In this document: positions 41,485 to 52,990 of the stretch, piece by piece
Position numbering within the stretch: the first letter of the stretch is position 1
How the letters are laid out: every line of letters starts with the position of its first letter
Origin: Catajapyx aquilonaris
Lineage: Eukaryota
Length of the DNA stretch: 64,000 nucleotides
NCBI GenBank assembly: GCA_000934665.2
Contig: KZ538075.1
Coordinates: forward strand, 62,001 to 126,000
Direction: 5' to 3'
Notes under the pieces: generated by a model
Told to the model about the DNA's origin: nothing
The model's database searches: none
The model's input: only the letters and a program-made list of their open reading frames with translations
Made by a program: the position numbers and the translations under genes

Positions 41485-41640
41485 CGCCCCTCCCCTTTCC
41501 TCCTCCGCCATCCCTCCTCCTCCTCCTCCTCCTCCTCCCTCCTTCCCCCCTCCCTTCCCCCCCTCCCTCCCTCCACCCAGCCACCCACCCACCCTGCCAG
41601 CAGCAGCACCACCAGCACCACTACCACCACCACCAGCACG
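41485..41640. repeat. Low-complexity C-rich tract: (CCT)n/CCCT polypyrimidine run followed by CAG/CAC triplets
   Basis: Seen directly. It accounts for the Pro-, Glu/Gly- and His-rich spurious ORFs in several frames. Confidence 0.9.
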
Positions 41641-41678
41641 CCATCATCCCCCAGCGAGGCCCGGCCCCGGCAACCTGT

Positions 41679-41745
41679 CCAATCGGCCTGGCCCTGCCCG
41701 CTGTGTACACGTCAGTCCGCGCACGGCCAGCGCGCGGCCGAACGC
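41679..41745 (+). promoter_or_regulatory. Putative TATA-less core promoter
   Basis: CCAAT lies at 41679-41683 and the arthropod-type initiator TCAGTC at 41712-41717 (predicted +1 at A41714). An MTE-like GCGGCCGAACGC at 41734-41745 matches CSARCSSAACGS at 10/12 but sits ~3 nt off the canonical position. These begin a CpG-rich block that leads to the coding exon. Confidence 0.5.
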
Positions 41746-42326
41746 CAGGCACTTCGTCGCCAGCCCTACTCGGCTAAAGGGGCTAGCCAGCCGCTCCGGA
41801 GACTAGTCTCCACCTCCCCCTCTCCCTGGCCCCCACCTCTCTCCCATAGCTCCAGCCATCCAGCCATCCACCTATCCAAGGAACATCCAGCGTCATGTGT
41901 GTGCGTCGGCGGCGTCGGGTCGGGACGTGACTGTCCGTCCTGCCGCCGCTCACTACCACACTGCTAGTAGTGGAGGTCGGTGGGCTGTTGGACACCCATC
42001 CAGTGCGACACCGGGGCGACCAGGGGCCAGAGACGCTCCTCCTACCCCGGCCGGAGTCAGCGAGTAGCGGCCGGCTCCCCCCTACCGACGGACGCCCCCC
42101 CTGCTATACCCCGAGCCAAGAGCCCAAGTAGTCAGTCGGGAAGGCGCCCACCGCCCGCGCGCGTGTGTGTGTGGCGAGCTCCCGTGGACCAGCACCGGCT
42201 GTTACGACAACCATCTACCCATTCAGCAGGACATGGCTGTGCTTGTGTGCTGGACAGTGAGGAGGAACTAGACCACAGGTCATCCCAGTATTGCTACAGC
42301 GGGTGGGCTCCAACCAGCATCCCAAG
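41714..42326 (+). other. Predicted GC-rich 5' UTR with two uORFs
   Basis: The segment lies between the putative Inr and ATG 42327. The uORFs are 41895-41930 (MCVRRRRRVGT*) and 42233-42271 (MAVLVCWTVRRN*). Confidence 0.45.
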
Positions 42327-42363
42327 ATGAGGATTAAAATGCCAGCAGTTCGGATCGCTCAAG
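42327..42363 (+). CDS. BCL11: First coding exon (37 nt, MRIKMPAVRIAQ + phase-1 donor) of a probable BCL11/CTIP-family zinc-finger transcription factor (CG9650/Chronophage-like)
   Basis: The sequence CAAG-ATG AGG ATT AAA ATG CCA GCA GTT CGG ATC GCT CAA G|GTAACA has a good start context and an AG|GTAA splice donor at the end of a CpG-rich leader. The peptide matches my recollection of arthropod BCL11 N-termini (not searched). The identity rests on 12 residues. Confidence 0.6.
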
Positions 42364-45300
42364 GTAACAACCCTAAACACGTGGATTTTTTAATTAGTGA
42401 ACGCCACTCTTGGAGTAAAGCGACATCTTCCTCCAATTTTCAACACTATTCATGTAGGATTAAGGGGCGGTGCGAGGCAATTTGGCAGATAAGAAAAGAG
42501 GATGGTGGGGGTGGGGGGCGGCGTGGGTGAAGGGGGGGGGTGCTGTCTTCCCCCCCACCCCCCACCACCCCNGGGGGGGGGGGGGGGGGGTGCCGAATTT
42601 TATCCGGGAGTGACAAGTGCTACCTGACCATAAGCAAGGTGCTGGCCCCAAAAAACGGGCCAGCCAAGTGCCAGGAGGGAAGGTGACTGTCCCATTGTTC
42701 CAAGAGTCGTTAGTAGGTTTTTAGACCTTTTGTGCGGTGAATGAGGAACATTACGGGCGGGTGTCCAGACCGGCTTTTTGCGGCCCACCCCAAAGTTTAT
42801 TTCTTGCGGCTCTCAGGTGATATTCAGGGGGGCCGGCAGGACGTGAGCTGAAACATAGATCAGGATTTAACGGGGGGGCAGGTCCCCCCTAGATGTTTTT
42901 TTAAGGGCAGGGGGACCGATGTGTATGATGGCGCGGGGAGTTCGGGGGAGTTTGGCGGGCTAGAGATGGCAGACGGTGCCGCCAAGAAAGGGGCGCCAGC
43001 CCCCGCGCTACCTGTGCTGATTATGCCCGTTTTTTAGTGGGTCCGGACCCCACGAAAACTACGTGGGGGGGCCAAGTCGAGTGTTCTTAATTAGCCGCGA
43101 GGGGTGTGTGTGTGTGTTTATAAAAAAAAGGTGTTGGTCGCGAGGGTGAAAGGGGTAGGAGAGGGTCGTACTGCGTGATTTGCATACCAGCGCCAGCAAC
43201 GTGATTAGGATTTCTGAGAACGACAATGCACGGTAAAAATAGGCTGAACACTCCGAATTCTTGTCGTGACACAGGCTCGGCCGATAAGGAAAAAAACAGT
43301 CAGTATTGTCCCCACCTGCCGCGTGTTTTCATAACATAATCGGGGTCATCACTTCCCGGTACAAATTTCAGCAAAGACTTTGGCGGGTTTGTCGGTGCAT
43401 ACAGCACACGTGAATATTGCGCTCAAAGACACGTTTTCAAGTGCGGGGCCCCGTAGAAAGCGGAAGATATTGATTCGGACGGAACCCCATAGATGTCTCC
43501 TCTGGCCTTCTCGGCCGCCGCCAGAAGTTTTGGTGGTTACGGGCCCAAAGTTTCGGAGACGAGTCAAAACGATCAGGCGGAGGAAGAAGGTTGCAAAAAT
43601 GTGTATTTGCCAATGACAGNGGGGGGGGGGGTGTCCTCGTGTGTAGGGTCACGTCCGCATTGTGCACGCGTTTTGCCGCATTGTTTGTGTCGTGCTCGAC
43701 TGTTTCCCCGGAAGAGTGGGAGGTTGTATTTCATTTTTTTCTGACGGTTGACAATGCGGATTCCAGGGGCGATAGAGGGGCGGAATCAACAGGGCGAACA
43801 ATGGTAACATGATTTTCATACCGTGTCAACAAATGGAGATGGAATCTAGCTGCAAAACGGACCGATTAGGAATTAATAAATTCCAGCGCAAATGGAATGA
43901 TTAAAGTTGTCTGAAACTGGTGGAAAAACACAGCTGATGAAGTGTGAAGCGTGAATATGAAATAATTGTGCCCAGCAACGTCGACCGGTATATCGGCACG
44001 GGGTGACCCGATCCTCCTGAGATTTTGACTGGTAGCAAACCACCGATGAAACTGGTTTTTTTTACTGTGTTTTTTTGGGGGTCTTGAGCCGTACCGGAAC
44101 AATACACACTATTCAACCTCTAGAAAGGAGGTGAAGCAATGAGGAAGCAAAGAACCAATGCGAATCGAGTGAGGAGGCGGCATGCAGTTTTACTGCCCTT
44201 TGGGGCCATGATGTGACGAGGACCCACTGGTCAACCGGCGATAAAAATCCGTTTTTGCACCGGGTGGAGTCACTCTCTAGAAATTGCGCAACTAGAATAG
44301 ACCCTTCATTAGAATCCAGGGAGGAGGATCAGTATTTTTTCTCCCATCATCTTGACTGATGATTGTATGCTAAGTCGTGAATTGCAGGCGGAGGAGGCAG
44401 CTGCGGTGTAAAATGAGTGCAGGGCCGTGATTATGAAGCCATAACTCCCCTTCCCCCGTGGCATCATTGGGGCCAAATTGTGCTAGGCGTAGTTGTTTGC
44501 CCGTCCATGTTGTGTGGGCAAAGAATCCGGTCGAGCACCGCCTCTGAAGCATTCTAATGATAACCCGGTGCTGAAATGGAGTTTCTCTGACTTTTGTTGG
44601 CCACTAAATTAGGGCCGAAATGAGTCTTTTCTTTTTTCCTCCGGCCGACAATGTATCGGATTTTGACGTCATGATCGCGACCTTAGCACCGTTCTTGTGG
44701 AGGATTAGGTAGGCTAATCTCCACGGGGCGTAAGTGGCGTAAATGTGGGAAAAAATGGCCGGAAGGCGGCCAGGGCCACAAGAATAATGAAAAAAAAGAA
44801 GAAGGGGGGTTGCCTTTTAGACTTCCTGCAGCTGTCATGCGGACACGGGCCGTCCCGTGTTATATACATAGGTGTATTCTCCCTCCCTTAACGTTTTTAC
44901 CTGCATAGCCGTGCCCGTTAATCCGTCTGTCCTATCCCTCCCCTGTTTCTCGCCTGGTCCGGAGATGAGGGTTCCGAGACGCATGCAAATGAAGCTTTTG
45001 TGGCCGGCCGAGGAAAGATGAGGTCTTGCACCAGCCGACCTGCTGCTATTGACACAAGTCCAGAGGGGCGGGTGCACACCCCTGAAGTGTACAGGGAGAA
45101 GCGTGTGCTCTTTGGCCGGACAAGATAATGGATTAACCCGCCTTTGACACCGGGGCGCTGCCGGACAGGGATTAGCGCCTTTCACCACCTTGTTTACATC
45201 TTGCGAGCAAGTCCCCTCGCCTATTGTTCCCTGTCTTGAAGGCGAAGACGACCAACTCGCTCTTCCGCTAATAACTCATCTCCCCTGGACTAATGACACC

Positions 45301-48300
45301 TACCTGGAAACGCCTTCCACTCTGGGCTACAAACCTGTTTCCACCCCCTCCCGCCCTCCACCGCCAGAAAGAGGAAGGGCTGAGGATTCAATAAACCACT
45401 TCGAAGCGATAATTATTTTTTTATCTCCATATTTTCCTCATACCTTTATCGGCCGGTAGAGTGAGCTCAGGCCGTTGGACCGAGGGGCTGTCAGTGACAC
45501 CTGCAGGGCGAACAAAAAAAAAAGTGTCCGTACATTGCTAGAATGGTCGTAATTAGAAGCGGCGGTTAGGTCAGACGCTGATCGGTATAGACAATCCCCG
45601 GAACGATTGCTTCTCTGCTGGAGACCACAACTGCTAAAGAATCGTGAGTCAGCTTCCCCGAACGGATGACCTCTTGGCGACCCCAAAGCCAGTGGGAACG
45701 TCCCTGGTGATGGATGAGAATGTCCAGTCGAAGCAGCATCGGCTCTCCCGCTGCTGACCACAAGCTTCCTCCACCTTTCGAGCTGACAGTCCATCAATAG
45801 AGATTTGGGCCGGATTGGACGCTCCCTGAATCAACACAACCGGGGGGCTTATGCAATTGGGAAGAGACGAACCTAATGACGGACGCATAGAAACTAGGAA
45901 AGCCGGATCATGGGGTCTCGGACGTATTTCCAAGACTCGAGGGCACCACAGGCCAGCACCGTGCTTCTTTTTCCCAATCTCCCCCAAAAACGTCCCTTTT
46001 ATGAAATGGACGCCATAGATTCTTATCAACATTTTTTCCCCGGAAAGCCCTTCCTTTCTATGAAAGGGCTTTTTTGACGGATGTGTGTAGGGGCCAGAGG
46101 TCAGATTGGCCCCTGGGCCCTTCCCCTCTCACAGGTCGCTGCGGACAAAAAAAGAAGCTCTCCTTGTGGTCAATCCGGGGGGGCTTAACTTGATATATCG
46201 GTTGACGTTCTTAGGGCAACCCCAGCATAGGAACTATGGGCATCGTGAAACATTTGGAACCTCTCACGGAGGGCAAACCCGGGGGCGACTTTTAAAAAAA
46301 TAAGCAGGGCGAGGCCTCTTTGCGATAATTTATATACCGGATCGCATCAATTACCCGCCAGATTTGATCAGAATCGACGTGATGGGGGTAGGAAAATGGG
46401 AAATGTCATTGCCTGAAAGTACGGCCACTAACTGTTGTTTTCCAGCAAGCCAAGGGCGCAGGTTATATGCCGAGCGTAAAAGCTGGAAATTGTCACTAAT
46501 TAGTGATACGCTCGTCTTTCGGTCTGGTAAGAGCTAGAGAGAGAGCCCATGTGGCATCCGTCGCAGGGAAAATAATATTACGTGTAATTGGAGTCCCTTG
46601 GGCCAAGTAATGATTCATTGGCCGGTTGTGGAGGACGGGAAGCCATTTATCTTGGGCCCATGTAGGTGTGAGCAATCGCGGTCCTTCTCCCTAGGCCTAT
46701 TTGTACACACGGTGTACAGAAGCTTGGCATGAGGCTAATGGAGGTTGGGGTGGGGATGAGTAGGTGGGGTTGGCTGGTAATCCGGGTGGGGCCCGCAGAT
46801 AGATGCATGCATGAGGCATGTGCAAGGGGGCAGCCCCAAGTGCATCAGAGGGACTGGCCGCTCTCCCGGTTGCCGCACTGCATGGCTAATTTGGCCCTGA
46901 TTATCCCGACGTCCATAAAGCGCTTCATGGATATTGTAAACTACCGGACTGGTAATTGAAAATAAACGATTCGGGGCTGAAGGAAGAAATCTAATTAAAC
47001 AGGCGGAACGGGGCGGGTTCCACCGCAGCGATATTGTAGGACCGCGTTTTGTTTTCTTGCCTCCTGTGTCATGCAGCGGGGGCCCCCTCCAATCTGGAAA
47101 TGATATCGTTGGCCAAAAAGCCAGAAAAGAACACCTCAATACATCCCAAAATTAGTTCCGGTCCTTGCAGCGATGATATGACCCCGTTGTTTACCCCGCA
47201 TGCCTCGCATGTCTGACAGTGGCCGACTGCCAAAAGAAGACAGCCAGCACGTGCGCAATTCGCAAAATCTTGGCCAATTGACCGGCACATGTGCTTGACT
47301 GCCCGTCTTGAGCAATTGGGAGCGTGACCCCACCGGATTTTGACGAAGGGGCCAAATGAGATTTAGCTGAGTGCTAGAAGAAGCATGCAAATATGGAGCC
47401 CGGCCAAATCGGGAGGACCCAGACCCACAAGAGGATACTGTAGAGATGTCAGCGCCGCCGGTCTGGAAATTGGGTAGGAGGCAAAAGAGTACAACTCCCC
47501 CGCTACGGAAGGGGAGGGATGGGGAAAAAGGGCTGATGGCCACCGTAGGGGGAATGAGAGCTTTTTTTAGTCCCTGCTTCCCGTCGTCGAGATGGCCCAT
47601 GACTCTTCTTCTTCTTCTTCCACCCCCATCCACAAACTCCGGATGTGTGTTTTTTTCTTCCACCATCCCCACGGTGGCGAAACATGCGCCGACCCCTAAG
47701 GGCGTCCATATTGGGACGCACAAGATGATGGCGGCCTCCAGGGGACGTTGAATAGGGCGGTGGTGGTGGTCTGGGCCAGAAATATGAGTTTTTGGCGCTG
47801 GCTCCTGGTCTCTGGGAACATGAGGGACGTTGGGAGGAAGCAGCAGAGGAGAGAGTGGAAAAAAATATTCCAGCCTTGGAATAAACCCTCAACCGTCGTC
47901 GTCGGAAGTGGATAGGCCACCGAAAAGTTTCCTATGATGACACGAACAAAGGTTGGGGGGACAGACCACCGTCCGTGGATGCCAAGTTTGGGAAAGGTCC
48001 TTTTTTGGGGGGCCCTAGGGGATGAAGATAGGGAAGACCCTCGGGGCCATCTTGGACCCGATGCTTTAAAAAAATAATGAAAAGAAAAAAAAGAGGTCGC
48101 TTTTCTTATGCTAACCACCTGTCCCCTTGCTCTATATAAAAGTCCTGAATATGCGAAGAGCTGCACTGTCCCTTGCCATCTGTACGACGTACGTTATGAT
48201 ACACCGATTTGCAATACTGGGGCACCCATCGCAGGACCCGGTCTGAAGAGGGTGACATTAGGGGGCTCAGGATGGCATTGTGGAGCAGTTTTTTATTGCT

Positions 48301-51300
48301 TCGGCACCAGTGGACCACGGTCCTGCATATCAGAAATGAATGTCTAAATATGATCTGAATATGGTGCAAGGGAAATGAGATGGTGCAGGTTCTTTTATCC
48401 GGTGGGGGGTAAGGGTCGGCCTTCTCACGTCCAGTCCCCTAGCTGTCCCTTGAGTCGAGATGGGGGGTGGAGGAGTGGGGTGGGGGTGAAAAAATAGAAA
48501 AAAAAGTTGTCCGGAATGCCCCCTCGGGGACTGCCTTGGAAGCCGCTTAGAGCTAATTGTGAAATTCCGATTTGGATCCCAAGGTCGAGAGAACCCTGCG
48601 GACCAGGTGGGTGCCTTAGGCCATGAACAGGTTAGATTCGAATTATAAAATATAAAAAAAACAGGGAGGGATAAGGAGGAGGAGGGGAAGAAAAAGGAAC
48701 GAATTGCGAGAATCGGCATATTGTTTTATCAAAGTGGGAGGGAACTTGGTAGAGGTGAATATGTGACCCGTGACCATATTCCCACGAACTTCCCCGTTTC
48801 ACTTCATGCACTGCCTGATAATTCCGAGGACAAGCTGAAAAAGGGGGAAGCTAAATCCCCCCCTCCTTCTGCCGCACCCCCCCCCCTCCTCCCCCCGGAA
48901 AATAATGAAGAAGATTCCTATTCCTGGTGTGAAGTGCAACATGGGACCCCGCACTCTTCGGGGTCACGAGTAGGTTTTTTTTGCACTTGAGGGCAGCATC
49001 CAGGTCACCGTGTCTTGATGAGGTGATTTGGGGGAGATTCCGGACATGGCTTGACCATTAGCAGGTCCTGCTTTTTTTTTGGTCGTTTTCAAGTTATTTC
49101 AAGGTTCCTGTTGCGTAAGCTGATGCTCAAGTGCGCCTCCTTTTTTCCCCCAAGAACAATTTTTATTTTACATACAGTTAGACCCATAGTCGTCTTCGGG
49201 GATCATTAGGTGGTCTTACGTAAACCCTTGTTTACGAGAGAAGCTGGTGGAGCCATTATTTTCGTTTCCCTTCCGCCGAGGTCCTTAAAATTCTCGAAAC
49301 GTCGTCAGGAATGCTTGTATAGTTTGGTCGGTTGCTGATAGCAGGACTGGATAGGGTGGCCCGTAAATGTCGTTGGTGTCGTCCTACAAAGGTGGCTTGA
49401 TTTAAGCGGGAAATTTGGTCATTTTATGATTTCGGGTAGGCAAGGTGCATTACGAGCAATGCTGTACGATACGGTTGCGCAGGTGCATCTACCTAGAAAA
49501 CAAGATAGGTAAGTACTTCCGGTTCGGAAAGTTGACTTTGGGAGCTGTTTGGCCCTCCCTTACATAACCTTTGAACCCACTCTTGGCGGTCCCTTTGAGT
49601 CCATGCGGCCTGAATGGACGCACCATCTCGCCAGGCCAACCTCTTTCCATCCTATTAGAGGGCCCGCGTCAAATTGCACCTTACCGCCGCGTCTATAAGG
49701 TTAGAGCAGGCTATTACACCGCTCAAGACAAGCCCAGCCAACCGCGAATAGTCGAGGGCCTCCGCATTAGGAATGCCAGATGTCCAGCAAGTGTTTGCGG
49801 AGGAAACAAGGCTATAAAATCTTAAAAGGCGTAAACCACCGGATTCCTTCAGCACCTTACAAGACGCTGCAGCCCCCGTATAGCCCAAACTGGAGCTATA
49901 GCCGGAAAGAGGGCTCCGGGTTTTACGGCCAGTTTCTGCCAGTCGTCGTAATGTTTCCATATGTGGAGAGGGTTCATCTGGGGCCCACTTGGAAACCCGC
50001 AGCTTCCTTATCATGGCCTGGGAGTTAGTTATTCTCCACCGGTAACACCATCATATGGTTTTTTTTTTTCGGAGCCAGACATATGGCCAAGATCCATCGG
50101 GGGAGTTCCGCTTCAAAGACGTGTAAACACCTTGCCACTGGGTTTATTGCAGCGTTTCACTCCAGGAAGCAGGCTGTTTTCATTAATTCCCTGCTAGTTA
50201 ACTGTCTTGACATTGTTAACTCCCAATTGAACGGAGGATGTGACCCGATCTGCAGGGACTTGCGAAACTGCTGGCCACATGCGTGCTATTGTTGTGCAAG
50301 GTCGACCAAGGTTGGCTTTGCCGGCGAGAAGTTTATTTTGCTCGCGCATACCTCTCTACAGCGTAACCCAAGAGTTCCTTGGGGGTCACGGCAAATGTCC
50401 GCGACTTGTCACCTGGAGTGGAACATACATTTTTTTTAAAACACATACATGTATTAAGTTGAAATAGTTGGCAGTACTGGTGCTGGAATATAGTCAATAT
50501 GTGTACACTGTACCTGCCCTTGACCTAGCCGGAGATGGTCCGGATGCACAAGGAGGGCTTATGCAGGGCGGATCAAAAGTGAGGGGGTGGACAAACAACC
50601 TCATTAGTCATGGGTGGAGACTCTCCTTCGACTCTTAGGTCAGGGCGGGTGGAGAGAATCCAATTGCGATCTCCGGGATTATTCTGATCGCAGGTGGTTG
50701 TTGACCTCCCTGCTGAAGGTGATGACCACACTTTTGAGGAATGTTCCACAACGCCTGTAATGCAGTATGAAATTGGCCAAGATTGTCGTCACTCCCCCCC
50801 CAAGATGGTTGTCCAACATCTTGGAGGTGACTCGTGGCGTCACCCTGGCAACCCGGTGCTTGAAGGGGTGGAAGAGGAAGGGGGTAGGGTGGGGGGTCTA
50901 TAGTCTGGCACGTGCGGGGCGGGGTGGGAAGGTAAAAGGGGTTTTGGTTGTCGGATGGCGTCGTCGGCGTCGGCGTCGTCTGAAGGGTAAAATTAGCCCC
51001 GGAAGAGGGGTTGAGTCCCGCGACTGATTCAACGCGTGACTTGATTTGTCGACGTGAGACGCACGCACGTGGCGTCTGAACCTGTATGTTCCTTAGCTGA
51101 CCGTGGTCATACAGTCCCAGCCGACGCGGTTTTGTCCGTAATGCGATGCAAGGCAACGCGACCTACCCCAGCAGTCTATTGATTCGTTCTAATGACAGAC
51201 TGACGCCGTGCGAAAGGCGTTTACGTGCATAGTGGATTACACCTTTGCTGGGCCCGAGTTAGATTTCTTACGCGCGGCACAGTTGAATATTGATTAAACC

Positions 51301-52619
51301 TAATTAAGCTTCAAAGTGATCTTGTCTGAGATGCAAGGGGAGGGAGAAAAGGGGAGAGAGAGAGGGAAGGGAAGGAAGGGTAATGCGGAATATTTTCCTG
51401 TGAAGTTGTCTTCGCTCTAAATGAGATTGTGCCGAGCGGCGTAGGATTTCCAAGAGGAGAGGGATTCCTTGTTGTTTGATGTAGGATTTGTAGCAAAGCG
51501 CTCAAAATTTCACTAATTAGCACCTTGGGTTAATGGGGCTGTTGTAATAAACCTACAATTAGGGCGGAGGGTCTGGGGGGCGGGCTTGGGGGTACAGTAC
51601 CTGCGCCAATATTGGGGCCTCCAAGTGCAAAAACCATTTAGCCGGCATGAGGGGGCTATGATGTAAAATGTAAGCGGGGTGGATGTCAAAATAAATTGTA
51701 TTCTTTGGCAGCGTAATGAACCCCACGATGAAGGATAAGGCCCTGTTCTAAATGTCTTGCGCCCCAAGCGACAGTCGGAGTCGGTAGACAAATTAGACCT
51801 GCTGGTTTTGAGTATGCATATCAAGTGGGCCACCCCGAAGAAGGATGAGTGTAAAACATGTAGCCTGGGCCGTCCCAACAAATCGTGCATGACTTCTGCA
51901 CTTGCTGCTGCAAGACATCCTTATCGGTATGCAGCCCGCTATAGCCGAACGACATCGCCAAGGGGAGGCCGGACCCCACCCACCCTTTTGCATATACACA
52001 CTAGCACACACACACACACACCGACTGCAGCATGTTATGTCCGTGGGATGGGAACAATTACTCGGGTGGGATTGATGAGTGTTGCCGCGGTTTGAGCATT
52101 TGTCGTGTGCAGCAGAGAGAGGAGCTGGGGGAGGGAGGAGGGTGGAGAGAGGGGTATGTGGAGAGGATCGGGTGGGGAGGGGTTGTAGTTTCCGCCTGAC
52201 AGGCCTTATCAGACGTAACAAATGACCAAAAGGCCAGCAGACCACGGACCATATTAACGGCGAGTGGCTGCGCCTGGGCTTGTCATCGGCAAAAGGACCG
52301 GAGCCCGGATTGCAGAGGCCAATCCTGCTATCCATGTCCGGAGGAACTTTTCCGTGTCACTGCCATGGGATGCAGGCGTGATGTATGCGATGTTGGGGGC
52401 AGGGGAGGAGTTCAACCCCTCTCCTCTTTCTGCCTTTTTGGGGGGAGGGAAGGACGGTCTTACCNNNCCCCCCCCCCCCCCAATGCGTGCCGGAGCCTTA
52501 CCAGGAATAGCCCGGATTGACGAAAATTGATACGTGCTGGTGGACTGCGTGAGAGAATCTTTACTTCAGGTCTTCAGCACCCTGGCATATGGTAGAAATT
52601 GAATTGATGGAACACCCGG

Positions 52620-52990
52620 AGTCTTTCGATCATTCGAAACGCAGTGCGGCCACGATTTCTATTCATGACAGCCGACCGTTGCGGGATTAGTATGTATACC
52701 GGTATGTCTCGCAGGTAACGCACACACATTTGAGATATTCAGCCAGATCCGTCGGATGAACAGCGCGATTAATTCCATCGAAAGAGAAGCAGGACATCGA
52801 TTTGATATAGGGGATTGAAGAGTAACGGTACTACCTTCCACCGACGACAATCCTTTTCCTTGGCCTCACCCCTTATGCCGCCCTCCCTTGCACACGTCCT
52901 GTTACAAGCACCTGACATCACATTATTCGCGGTGTTGAAGCTCGAAGCGCTCACGATCACCATAAAACGCACGTTTTACTGCAGGAAAGT
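52620..52990 (+). mobile_element. Decayed PIF/Harbinger transposase relic
   Basis: Motifs are VFRSF, NSIEREAGHRFDIG (52771-52812, ~N.ES.REV.DRFDI) and ITIKRTFYCRK (ending 52988, ~I.I...YYCRK). Confidence 0.4.

Noticed and set aside
40907..41806. Overlapping Pro-, Gly/Arg-, Glu- and His-rich ORFs
   Set aside because: They are explained by low-complexity promoter repeats that are open in multiple frames on both strands.
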